A stretch of DNA of 18,918 nucleotides, taken from assembly GCA_001563875.1 (NCBI GenBank), contig LKMN01000014.1:1-18918 (forward strand), read 5' to 3'. A program made the translations under genes and the position numbers. This document shows, in pieces, positions 6,779-15,852 of the stretch. Source of the stretch: Nanohaloarchaea archaeon B1-Br10_U2g1 (lineage in GTDB: Archaea > Nanohalarchaeota > Nanosalinia > Nanosalinales > Nanosalinaceae). How positions within the stretch are numbered: position 1 is the first letter of the stretch; the number at the start of each line of letters is the position of its first letter. A model generated the notes under the pieces. The model had not been told where the DNA came from. It searched no databases and saw only the letters and a list, made by a program, of their open reading frames with translations.

Positions 6779-6817
6779 AACTGATGTTCGGACACACTAG
6801 TTAAAGTTTTTTCCCTA

Positions 6818-8695
6818 TCAGTTCAACCTTATCACATCAAGGTTCTGAGGCGCTGACGTATCTATCCTTAATGACTTATGTAGAGTTGAAGCTAGCTGGA
6901 AGCATTTCTTCTCCTCTCCGTGGTTTGTAAGAACTTTGTTCGGTGTGGACCTAAGGTTTCTTGCAAAGTTAATTATTTGTTGCCGGTCTGAGTGCGCAGA
7001 GAATCCTGATACCGTTGCTACATCCATGTTCACATCCACTCTTTCACCGTTAACCTTTATCTGGTCCGTACCGTTCTGTATATCTCTTCCAAGCGTGCCT
7101 TGTGCTTGGTAACCTACAAAGATCATAGTGTTCTTCTCATTTGGAGCTAGATACTTGAGATAGCTCATTACAGGACCCCCTGTAACCATTCCTGATGTCG
7201 TAAGTATTACTGAGGGCCCTCCTTCATAGACTTCTTCTCTCTCCGAATGGCTTCCGATAGGCCTTAACTGTTCCTTTAGGAAAGGTGAGTCCCTATCTTT
7301 CATTACTTTCTTCTGAACCTTTTCTGAAAGGTACTCAGGGTATGCTGTATGCAGTGCGTTTGCATCGTTTATCATACCGTCCATATAGACAGGGTAGTCA
7401 AAGTAGCTTCTGTCAAGTTCGTCAGCAAGCATTCCTATAATTTCCTGTGAACGACCTACGGCGAATACAGGTACAAGAACCTTCCCTCCCTTGTTCAGTG
7501 TCTGTTTCATCTTGGAGAGGAACTTTTTCTGTGCGTTCTCTCTTGGCTGTTGTTTATCGTCGTTACCTCCATAGGTTGACTCAGTAATCATTGTCTCAAC
7601 CCTCTGGAAGTTGGTGTCTGCCGGCCTCAACATTTCCGACTGGTCGTAGTTGTAGTCTCCTGTGTAGAGAATGTTGTGTAGGCCCTCACCGATATGAAGA
7701 TGTACTAGAGAGCTTCCAACTATATGGCCTGCGTTCTTTAGAGTTAGGCGCATATCAGGAGTAATATCTGTTACGTCACCATAATCAGGCGTTATTGTTC
7801 TCTTTACTGCCTTCTTAATATCTGAGGAGTCATAAGGAGCTTTTGCAGACTCTGAATGAGCTATACCTATATAGTCAAGTGTCTGCATGATCATCATGTC
7901 GCGGGTAGGCTTTGTACAGTAAAGCGGACCATCGTATCCCATCTTGTACAGGTAAGGGATCATACCTGCGTGGTCCATATGTGCGTGGCTTAGTATAACA
8001 GCATCCAGCCTCTGTAAATCAAGTTCCGGCGCATTTAAGTAAGGATAGTTCTCCTGTGAACCGGATTTGGCTGAAGGATCTATACCTGCATCCATAAGCA
8101 CATCTGACTCTTCTGTCTGTACCAGGAAACATGATCTGCCTACCTGTCGGCATCCTCCAAGTCCTCCTATTCTTATCCATTCATCTCCCACACTTTTGTC
8201 CAGTCTTATCTTCTTGCCCACATCGTGGAGGAACTCTTTACGGAACTCTGGATCCTCTACGGTGAGCTCTCTTGCTCTATTAACTACTTTTGATTTTATA
8301 GCAGGTACTCTCTCTACCTGAGGAGACCATAGCGAGGCTTTCTTTATCTCTTCTAAACCTTTTCCTCTATTACCTATTACCTCTCCCGGTTTTTCAGCTC
8401 TAATTATCACTTTTCCTAGTGAAGGCTGAAATATTAGATCGTCAAGACCTGCATCATCACTTATAACATCTTTTATCCTATCTTCTGCTACTCCCGGATC
8501 TTTGAAGAGCTTTGAAGATGGTCTTACATCTACCCTCTTTTTTACCTCTGAAACAATCTTTTTGACAGTGTCAGAACTGTCCAAGAAAAATTCTTTGCTG
8601 TCCGTGTATATTACGATGTCAGAAGCTTCAAACCTTATATCAGATATATCTGCTTTTGACGGTAGAAACCTCTCTACATCTTTTAGTTCTTCCAT
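6818..8695 (-). CDS. fttA: aCPSF1 / FttA beta-CASP ribonuclease, transcription termination factor
   Basis: Two N-terminal KH domains (AEKPGEVIGNRG), LGGCRQVGRSC, SHAHMDH, AGHIVGS, YTGD, ESTYG, FAVGRSQE, GFSAHSD, NHGE; conserved position after psmB. Confidence 0.97.
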   Translation of the reverse strand: MEELKDVERFLPSKADISDIRFEASDIVIYTDSKEFFLDSSDTVKKIVSEVKKRVDVRPSSKLFKDPGVAEDRIKDVISDDAGLDDLIFQPSLGKVIIRAEKPGEVIGNRGKGLEEIKKASLWSPQVERVPAIKSKVVNRARELTVEDPEFRKEFLHDVGKKIRLDKSVGDEWIRIGGLGGCRQVGRSCFLVQTEESDVLMDAGIDPSAKSGSQENYPYLNAPELDLQRLDAVILSHAHMDHAGMIPYLYKMGYDGPLYCTKPTRDMMIMQTLDYIGIAHSESAKAPYDSSDIKKAVKRTITPDYGDVTDITPDMRLTLKNAGHIVGSSLVHLHIGEGLHNILYTGDYNYDQSEMLRPADTNFQRVETMITESTYGGNDDKQQPRENAQKKFLSKMKQTLNKGGKVLVPVFAVGRSQEIIGMLADELDRSYFDYPVYMDGMINDANALHTAYPEYLSEKVQKKVMKDRDSPFLKEQLRPIGSHSEREEVYEGGPSVILTTSGMVTGGPVMSYLKYLAPNEKNTMIFVGYQAQGTLGRDIQNGTDQIKVNGERVDVNMDVATVSGFSAHSDRQQIINFARNLRSTPNKVLTNHGEEKKCFQLASTLHKSLRIDTSAPQNLDVIRLN

Positions 8696-8745
8696 AATAC
8701 TTTTACCTTCAAATTATTCGTTAAACTGTATATTTAGATGTAAGC

Positions 8746-9390
8746 CTACTCTAGGTGAGACTTTACCTCCTTCTCTTCTATGACTTCGTATCCATCACTG
8801 GTTATTTCTGCTACCATTATACCGTTTCCGGATGCGGTGTCTCTTTCCATTGCTGACTGTACAGCCCTTACTGCCAGTTCTTTACCTTCTTCATGGCTCA
8901 TTTCTTCTTCGTATCCGTCTTCGAATACTCCGTATGCCATCTGGCTTCCGGATCCTGTTGCAGTGAACTTTTCGTGTTTCATCAGTCCTCCTGCAGGATC
9001 AAGGTCGTATAAGACTCCTTTATCTTCGTTGACTCCTCCAAGCACGAACTGGTTGAAGAACGGCATCATTTTGTGGTTGTGTAGTATGTTCGCTAGAAGC
9101 GTTCCTGCACCTTTAACTGTAAGCTCTTTGGTGTCAAGCCTATGAAGCTTTAACTGAGACCTCATTATTCTAACTATCTTCTGGGCGTCTCCAACACTTC
9201 CTGCTATCGTTAAACCGATGTTGTCATCAAGTCTGTAGACCTTTTTAGCGTATTTGGAAGCAGTAAGTCTTCCCATAGAGGCTCTTTTATCTGCCGCTAA
9301 GATCACGCCGTCTTCTGTTGTTAGTCCTACAGTTGTTGTACCTGTTTTGAATCCTTCTACATCCTTATCTTCTATTTGTTTATTCTGCAT
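8746..9390 (-). CDS. psmB: 20S proteasome beta subunit with 17-aa propeptide
   Basis: KTG|TTTVG processing site, AADKRAS, AGSVGDAQ, ATGSGS, AMERDTASG. Confidence 0.98.
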   Translation of the reverse strand: MQNKQIEDKDVEGFKTGTTTVGLTTEDGVILAADKRASMGRLTASKYAKKVYRLDDNIGLTIAGSVGDAQKIVRIMRSQLKLHRLDTKELTVKGAGTLLANILHNHKMMPFFNQFVLGGVNEDKGVLYDLDPAGGLMKHEKFTATGSGSQMAYGVFEDGYEEEMSHEEGKELAVRAVQSAMERDTASGNGIMVAEITSDGYEVIEEKEVKSHLE

Positions 9391-9418
9391 CTAAAAACAC
9401 CCGAGAAAGCTGCAGGTC

Positions 9419-9444
9419 GAGATCTTTCAACCTGAAAGGGTCTC
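9419..9444. repeat. Hairpin GAGATCTTTCA-ACC-TGAAAGGGTCTC in the psmB/helicase divergent spacer
   Basis: About 10-11 bp stem with one bulge; lies 25 nt downstream (minus strand) of TTTAAA at 9474-9469. Confidence 0.55.
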
Positions 9445-9554
9445 TATAATCAGGGTTATACATTCAGATTTAAATAGGTGTTCCGGTTTGAATGTTCCCG
9501 AGCTACTAAAAGCTAACGCGACAATTAATTGATATAAAAGGCAGTATTTTACAG

Positions 9555-10667
9555 ATGAGTTTTAAACAATTACAGGTTTCTAGACCGATAGTCCAGAAAC
9601 TGGAAGCAGAAGGAATTACAGACCCTACAGAAGTACAAGAAAAATCTATACCACTAATATTTGAAGGAAAAGATGTTTTAGTCGAATCAGAAACCGGTTC
9701 CGGTAAGACATTCGGCTTCTCGATACCGGTAGTCCAAGAAGTAGAAGGAAACGATACACAAGCGCTTATACTATCACCTACCAGAGAACTAGCCAAACAG
9801 ATCAATGAAGAAATCGAGAAGATAACAGCCGAAGAACAGGAAACAGTAGTAATCTACGGAGGAGTGTCCTACAAGCCGCAGATAGAGGGAGCCAAGAAAT
9901 CAAACATAGTTGTAGGAACCCCTGGAAGAGTTCTAGACCTGTTGGAACAAGGCGAGATAGATCTCAGCAGCCTCGAATACTTCGTGCTAGACGAGGCAGA
10001 CAGAATGATGGATATGGGATTCCAGGACGAACTAGAAGGGATACTAAGCTTCTGTCCGGAAGAACGCCAAAACCTATTGTTCGGAGCAACAATACCTAGA
10101 GACCTAAAACGGCTATGCGAGAAATACAGTATTGATCCTGAGATAATCCGTATAAAGAGAAAGAAACATACAAGGAATCTTGATGAAAAATACCTAGATA
10201 TCGATGGAAATAAGAAACTTTCAGCGCTCTACACACTTCTAGAAGATAGAGACAGAGATCTGTCAATAGTTTTCTGTAGAACAAAGAACACAACACGATG
10301 GGTCGCAAAGAAGCTTCGTAAAAATGGTGTAAACGCTCAAGCACTTAACGGAGATATGAGCCAGCACAAGAGAGAGGAGATGATGGAACGATTTGAAAAC
10401 GGAGAGGTCAATGTAATCGTGGCCACAGATGTAGCTGCTAGAGGGATACATGTTGACAATGTGACGCACGTATTCAACTACGATGTGCCTGATACGCCCG
10501 ACACCTACACCCATAGAATAGGCCGTGCCGGAAGACAAGGTAAAGAAGGTGAAGCAGTGACCCTACTGGAAAACAAACAACACTCACAGTTCAGACAGAT
10601 AAAGAGAAAGCACAAGGGCAAGATTAAACGGATGGACAAGCCGAACCTGAAACAGATCCAGATGTGA
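9555..10667 (+). CDS. DEAD-box RNA helicase, minimal two-RecA core
   Basis: Q motif (F...PTEVQ), SETGSGKT, PTRELA, GG, TPGR, LDEADRM, GAT (motif III), IVFCRTK, TDVAARG, HRIGRAGR; short basic tail and no DbpA-type domain. Confidence 0.96.
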   Translation: MSFKQLQVSRPIVQKLEAEGITDPTEVQEKSIPLIFEGKDVLVESETGSGKTFGFSIPVVQEVEGNDTQALILSPTRELAKQINEEIEKITAEEQETVVIYGGVSYKPQIEGAKKSNIVVGTPGRVLDLLEQGEIDLSSLEYFVLDEADRMMDMGFQDELEGILSFCPEERQNLLFGATIPRDLKRLCEKYSIDPEIIRIKRKKHTRNLDEKYLDIDGNKKLSALYTLLEDRDRDLSIVFCRTKNTTRWVAKKLRKNGVNAQALNGDMSQHKREEMMERFENGEVNVIVATDVAARGIHVDNVTHVFNYDVPDTPDTYTHRIGRAGRQGKEGEAVTLLENKQHSQFRQIKRKHKGKIKRMDKPNLKQIQM

Positions 10668-10695
10668 GAAGTTTAAGAGGTTTCTCCCCTCCTCC

Positions 10696-10719
10696 TCAAC
10701 CCTTGTTGATTAAGAAAAA
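10696..10719 (-). terminator. Putative terminator region between convergent proS and helicase
   Basis: Minus-strand TTTTTCTT (10719-10712) shortly after the proS stop, next to a small hairpin TCAAC-CCTT-GTTGA (10696-10709). Confidence 0.4.
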
Positions 10720-10731
10720 TACATTATTGGT

Positions 10732-12231
10732 CTAATAGTTCTTAGCGAAGTAAGCCCATCTTTTAGCTTTTTTACCACATACGGCGCAATCGCCAGTTAT
10801 CTCTTCCTCTCCATCTTGTATGGATTCTGGCTTAGAGTCTTCTTGAAAAGGTAGGACAACTATTTCTGCGCTTACCTGGTCTTTTACCTCTTCTTCACAG
10901 CTTTCTTGCCCGCACCAACGTGTCTTCACGTATCCGCGGTTTTTGCCTATAGTCCCGAGTATCTCTTCTTTACTTGCTGCTTTACGGATATTCTCTTGCT
11001 GGTAGTTCTCTAGCTCGTTGTACATTGATTTTTGTATATCGTTCAGAGTATCTTCCACTGTTTCAACGAAGTCGCCTAGTTCTACACCCATTTCTTTTTC
11101 TCCGTTGTCTCTTCTAACATATGTCACTGTTTCGTCTTCCATCTCATTAGGTCCTATTTCAACCCTCAAAGGAACTCCTTTCAGTTCGTGTTCGTTGAAC
11201 TTGTAACCTGGTGTCCTGTGTTCTCTGTCGTCAAGCTCTACACGGATACTTTCTTTACATCCGCATCCTCTGGCATGTTGAACTGCGTTTTTGACCTTCT
11301 CTGAATATCCGAGTACTTCTTCTTTGTTGTCTTCATTGAATATGGGCACTACAACAACCTGTGTTGGTGCTACTGTTGGAGGCAGTTTTAGGCCGTTGTC
11401 ATCTCCGTGAGCCATGATTAGGGCTCCGACTGTCCTTGTGGATAGTCCCCATGAGGTGGTCCAACAAGTCTGTCGTTCTTCGTCTTCATCCATAAACTCG
11501 ATTTCGAAGGCTTCTGCAAAATGTTGTCCTAGCTGGTGACTGGTTCCGCTTTGTATACTTTTTCCATCAGGCATCAGTGTTTCGATAGTTGTTGTGTATT
11601 TAGCTCCCGGGAACTTGTCGTGTTCAGGCTTGTATCCCAGGACGCTTGGTATAGCTAAGTGCTTTTCTATCACTTCACGGTACTGCTCTAGACGCAGCAT
11701 TGTCTCCTCGTCCGCTTCTTCTTCTGTCTGATGAGCGGTGTGTCCTTCCTGCCATAGGAACTCTCTAGTCCTCAGGAAAGGTCTTGTGTCTGTTGCCTCC
11801 CATCTAACAACGTTGGCCCACTGATTAAGTCTTAGAGGTAGGTCTCTGTGACTTCTAATCCATTTGCTCATGAACGGGGCGATCATTGACTCGCTGGTAG
11901 GTCTTACCGCAAGCTTTTCCTCTAGCTCGTCGTTTCCTCCATGTGTTACCCATGCAACTTCGGGGTCGAATCCTTCAACAATATCTGCTTCCTTTTCTAA
12001 ATAGTTTTCCGGTATGAAAAGCGGGAAGTAAGCGTTATCAACGCCAGTTTCCTCTATTTTCTGGTTGAACTCGCCCTTAATTGATTCCCAGAGCTTTAGT
12101 CCATACGGTTTTATCACCATACATCCTTGTACCGGTGCATAATCCGCTAAATCAGCTTTCTGTACTACTTGTGTATACCATTCTGAAGGGTTCTGATCTT
12201 TCTTTACCGTGATCCCAAGTTCCTGAGACAT
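10732..12231 (-). CDS. proS: Proline--tRNA ligase, archaeal/eukaryotic type
   Basis: EWYTQVV, YFPLFIP, GFDPEVAWVTHGG, VRPTSE, NQWANVVRWE, FLRTREFLWQEGHT, SWGLSTR, C-terminal Zn domain (WC..C..CAVC) ending FAKNY. Confidence 0.98.
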   Translation of the reverse strand: MSQELGITVKKDQNPSEWYTQVVQKADLADYAPVQGCMVIKPYGLKLWESIKGEFNQKIEETGVDNAYFPLFIPENYLEKEADIVEGFDPEVAWVTHGGNDELEEKLAVRPTSESMIAPFMSKWIRSHRDLPLRLNQWANVVRWEATDTRPFLRTREFLWQEGHTAHQTEEEADEETMLRLEQYREVIEKHLAIPSVLGYKPEHDKFPGAKYTTTIETLMPDGKSIQSGTSHQLGQHFAEAFEIEFMDEDEERQTCWTTSWGLSTRTVGALIMAHGDDNGLKLPPTVAPTQVVVVPIFNEDNKEEVLGYSEKVKNAVQHARGCGCKESIRVELDDREHRTPGYKFNEHELKGVPLRVEIGPNEMEDETVTYVRRDNGEKEMGVELGDFVETVEDTLNDIQKSMYNELENYQQENIRKAASKEEILGTIGKNRGYVKTRWCGQESCEEEVKDQVSAEIVVLPFQEDSKPESIQDGEEEITGDCAVCGKKAKRWAYFAKNY

Positions 12232-12341
12232 TTTAAGTGTTTACCTCTACACTGTTTAGAAGCTCCAAGAAACTATTTCAAGGTTTTGAATAACCAGACA
12301 AAGCTTTAATACAAAGGTCTTTAGGTTACAGAAAAACCTTG

Positions 12342-12351
12342 TTTATATAAA
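12342..12351. promoter_or_regulatory. Palindromic TATA element TTTATATAAA in the proS/mre11 divergent spacer
   Basis: Perfect palindrome preceded by purine-rich GAAAAACC on the plus strand; could serve either direction. Confidence 0.45.
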
Positions 12352-12433
12352 ATGTTTTGTAGGAGCTGTCGAAACCGTTGATAGAAAGCTCAAATAACGA
12401 TAAAAGTTTTGGATTCGCCGTACAGGTTTAGAG

Positions 12434-13591
12434 ATGGATATATCGATAATAAGTGATACACATTTCGGGTATAAATGGGGTGACGAACGGGGCGAAGACA
12501 GCTTCGTGAACGCTGCAGAAGCCTTTGAAAAGGCTAAAGACTCCGATATAATAATCCTTCCAGGAGATATATTCGATAAAAAAATACCTAAACAAGAAGT
12601 TCTCGACAGAGCGGCAGAGGTATTTTCCATCGCTATGGAAGGCGAAAGAACTGTTGAAGCCGACAAAGAGCTTGGAATCCATGGTAATGGGGTTCCTGTG
12701 GTTGCTATACACGGAACACATGAGAGAAGGCCTCGAGAATACACAAACCCTATCGAGTTAATGGATAAAACCGGACATCTGCACCATATTGATAATGAAA
12801 GGGTTGTATTCAAGAAGGACGGCGAAAAGGTTGCTGTTCACGGTATGTCAGGTGTTCCAGAACGTTACGCGCCAAAAGTTCTTGAAAAGTTTGGTCCTCA
12901 GCCTGTTGAAGGCGCCTTCAATATACTAGTTGTACATCAGTCTATCGAAGGATTTGTCTACACCAGTGAAGACCATGACTGCTTGAAGCTAGAGGACTTT
13001 CCTAATGGGTTCGATCTTATTGTAAACGGACATATCCACTGGTACAATCTGGATCGTTTCCCCGGAGACAAACCATTGATACTTCCCGGATCCACTGTAA
13101 CAACTCAGATGCGGAAGGTCGAGGCGGAGAAATCCAAGGGCTTTGTAAGACTTAATACTGAGAAAGAGGAGCTTGAGTTTATTGAGCTTGATTCACCTAG
13201 AAACGTTGAGTACATCGAGTTAGAGGTCAACGGTGAAACTTGGACGGAGGTTAAAAAAGAAGCTGTACGGAAACTGGGAGATATTGATGGAGAAAAACCT
13301 CTTGTAAACCTCAAGATTAAAGGAGAGACCGAAGGACGAGTTAATCCTCGAGAACTGAAAGACCGTTTCCGAGATACCATGTTTCTAAACGTTAACTCTT
13401 CAGTTGAGAAGAAGACAGGCGAAAGAACAAGTATAGAGAAGAAAACAGATCCTTGGGAGAAGGGTAAACAGATACTGAGCGATGAGGTTGACTCTGAGAT
13501 AGGTGTGAACGGAGACGAATTCCTTGAACTTTTAGAGAACGGTAGGCCTGGCGAGGCTGCCGAACTGTTGAAGGAGGCGTTGAAAGAGTGA
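12434..13591 (+). CDS. mre11: DNA double-strand break repair nuclease Mre11
   Basis: Phosphoesterase motifs SDTHFG, PGDIFD, HGTHE, VHQ, NGHIH, PGS; overlaps the rad50 start (GTGA). Confidence 0.95.
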   Translation: MDISIISDTHFGYKWGDERGEDSFVNAAEAFEKAKDSDIIILPGDIFDKKIPKQEVLDRAAEVFSIAMEGERTVEADKELGIHGNGVPVVAIHGTHERRPREYTNPIELMDKTGHLHHIDNERVVFKKDGEKVAVHGMSGVPERYAPKVLEKFGPQPVEGAFNILVVHQSIEGFVYTSEDHDCLKLEDFPNGFDLIVNGHIHWYNLDRFPGDKPLILPGSTVTTQMRKVEAEKSKGFVRLNTEKEELEFIELDSPRNVEYIELEVNGETWTEVKKEAVRKLGDIDGEKPLVNLKIKGETEGRVNPRELKDRFRDTMFLNVNSSVEKKTGERTSIEKKTDPWEKGKQILSDEVDSEIGVNGDEFLELLENGRPGEAAELLKEALKE

Positions 13592-15852
13592 TAACCCGGG
13601 TAGAGCTCAAGAACTGGAAGTCCCACCATGAAAACAGCCTAGAGTTTGGGGAAGGGGTAAACGGTTTGATAGGTACGATGGGATCCGGAAAGTCCAGTGT
13701 TTTGGAGGCCGTTGTCTTCGGACTTTTTGGAACCACTCCTAAACATAACTCTAGAGAGGTAAAGCTCGATGATCTCATTAGAAGAACTCCTTCAGAAGCT
13801 GAGAAGGCGGAGATACAAGTAGAGTTCATGGTTGACAACGAAGACTACTCGGTTAAAAGAGATATTGAAAGAGGTAAAGGAACAACTAGGAGCGAGTTGA
13901 GAAAGAATGGAGAGCTTATTGAAGCGCCTTCAACCCGTGATGTAACAAAACAGGTCGAAAAGCTTCTAGGCCTAGATTTCAAATCCTTTACACGAGCAAT
14001 CTACTCAGAACAGAACCGCTTAGATCTATTCCTGAATATGAGGCCTGGAGATCGTAAAGAGCGTATAGACCAGCTTTTAAAGCTTGACAGGTTTGAAACC
14101 GCTCGTAAAAACATTGTCAAAGTAGAGAACAATCTGGAAAATGATAAAAAACTGGGAGAAAAGGAGTTAAAGAATCTTGAAGACCAGCTTGATAAAGAAG
14201 AGTTCGAGAAGCTTGACAAGAAAACTCTTGAGAAGAAAGAGGAGCTACAAGAGCTTGAGACAGAAGTAGAAGAACTCGATGAAAAGTTTGAACAGAAGAA
14301 AGAGGAACTAGACAAACTCAAAGATCTGGAAGAATCCTTTGAAAAGCTTGAAAAAAGAGAAACCAAGCTGAACACACGGAAGGAATCCATTCAAAACCGA
14401 ACAAAAGAGATCAAAAAGATTTTAAAAGATTTTGAAGACCCTAAGAAAGAATTGAAGAGTAAAAAGAAGACAAAAGTAGTGCTGGAAGAGTTGAAAGCAG
14501 ATATCGAAGACCTTGAAAGAGAGAAACAGTTTAAAGAGAAAAAACTGGAAGATCTAGAAGACAGTATCGAGGAGCTGGGTGAAGAGGCCGAAAGATTTGA
14601 ACGGTTCGAAGAAATAGATAAGGAACTAGAGAAGAAGAAAAAAGCTGCAGAAAAGATCAAACAGAAAGGAAACCGTTTATACGCAGAGAGAAAGGAGCTT
14701 GAGAAAAGTGTTGGGACCTTGAAAGGTTCAGAGAAAGACTGTCCTGTATGTGGACAGGATATGGATAAAAAGCACAGAAAAGAAGTGATGAGAAGCCACC
14801 ACAAGAAAGCCGAGAAACTGAAGAAGAAAGAGAATAAACTACGCAAAAAACTTGAAGCCTCTAAGAAATCTGTTTCAAAACTTGAAAAGAAAAGAGACAA
14901 ACTATTAGAGTATCGTTCCTCCAAGGAAAAACTTGAAGAGAAAAAAGAGGAGTTGAAGAAACAGGGAGAAGAGAAAGAGGAACTCGAAGACGATTTAGAA
15001 GAGAAAAGAAAGTATTTTTCCGAAGACAGGTTAGAAGAAGTTAAGAAGGATGTTAGGAAGCTTGAGAGAGCTGAGGAACTGGAAGAACTAGAGGAGAAGT
15101 TGGAACACTTGGATGAAAAACTCTCTGAGACACGTGAAGAGCTTGAAGGGATAGACTTTGAGAGCGAAGAGCTTGAAAATCTTAGAGAGAAAGTTTCAAA
15201 GGTTAAAGAAAGCCGTTCTGTCAAGAAGAAGGAGTTAGAAAACGGTAAGGAGCTTCTGAAAGAGCAGAAAAAACGTTTAGACCAGATGGAAAATCAGTTC
15301 AAGAAGCTGGACGATATACAGAGAGATATTGAGAAACTGGATAGTCTTCTCGACTTTGTCCACGATTATAGAAACGGTCTAGAGAAGACCCAGGTATCCC
15401 TAAGGGAACTGTTCGTAAAACAGCTGAACGGCCTGATGGACGGTATCTGGAAGCAGTTATACCCTTACGACGATTATTACAGCATAAGGCTGAACGCCGA
15501 ACAGGAGTACCGGTTGCAGGTGTTGGACTCCGAAAACAACTGGGTAAACGCAGAGGCCGAAGTATCGGGTGGTGAGCGGCATTCGGCAGCACTGGTTATG
15601 CGTCTAGCATTAACCTTTACGCTTTCTCCTAAGCTCCAGGTTATCATGCTTGACGAACCTACACACAATATGGATTCATCAGCTGTAGAAGAGTTAGCGG
15701 AAACACTTCGGCAGAGAAGCTCAGACCTTATCGAACAGATGTTTATAGTGACTCACGACCCGGCTCTAGAATCCTCGGTTACAGGAAACCTGTACCGCCT
15801 AGACAAGAAAAATACAGAGACCGGTCTAACAGAGGTAAGAGAGGTAAAGTAA
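13588..15852 (+). CDS. rad50: DNA double-strand break repair ATPase Rad50
   Basis: LKNWKSH, Walker A GTMGSGKSS, Q-loop YSEQ, long coiled coil with zinc hook CPVCG (14740-14754), VSGGE, MLDEPT, VTHD. Confidence 0.96.
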   Translation: MITRVELKNWKSHHENSLEFGEGVNGLIGTMGSGKSSVLEAVVFGLFGTTPKHNSREVKLDDLIRRTPSEAEKAEIQVEFMVDNEDYSVKRDIERGKGTTRSELRKNGELIEAPSTRDVTKQVEKLLGLDFKSFTRAIYSEQNRLDLFLNMRPGDRKERIDQLLKLDRFETARKNIVKVENNLENDKKLGEKELKNLEDQLDKEEFEKLDKKTLEKKEELQELETEVEELDEKFEQKKEELDKLKDLEESFEKLEKRETKLNTRKESIQNRTKEIKKILKDFEDPKKELKSKKKTKVVLEELKADIEDLEREKQFKEKKLEDLEDSIEELGEEAERFERFEEIDKELEKKKKAAEKIKQKGNRLYAERKELEKSVGTLKGSEKDCPVCGQDMDKKHRKEVMRSHHKKAEKLKKKENKLRKKLEASKKSVSKLEKKRDKLLEYRSSKEKLEEKKEELKKQGEEKEELEDDLEEKRKYFSEDRLEEVKKDVRKLERAEELEELEEKLEHLDEKLSETREELEGIDFESEELENLREKVSKVKESRSVKKKELENGKELLKEQKKRLDQMENQFKKLDDIQRDIEKLDSLLDFVHDYRNGLEKTQVSLRELFVKQLNGLMDGIWKQLYPYDDYYSIRLNAEQEYRLQVLDSENNWVNAEAEVSGGERHSAALVMRLALTFTLSPKLQVIMLDEPTHNMDSSAVEELAETLRQRSSDLIEQMFIVTHDPALESSVTGNLYRLDKKNTETGLTEVREVK

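Noticed and set aside
14150-15350. GAA/AAA-rich quasi-repeats in rad50
   Set aside because: Explained by E/K/L coiled-coil heptads; not a DNA repeat array.
12434-15852. Nuclease plus SMC-like ATPase as a defence system (Wadjet/Lamassu-like)
   Set aside because: Zinc hook, Mre11 motifs and housekeeping context indicate ordinary Mre11-Rad50; no effector or kleisin genes nearby.
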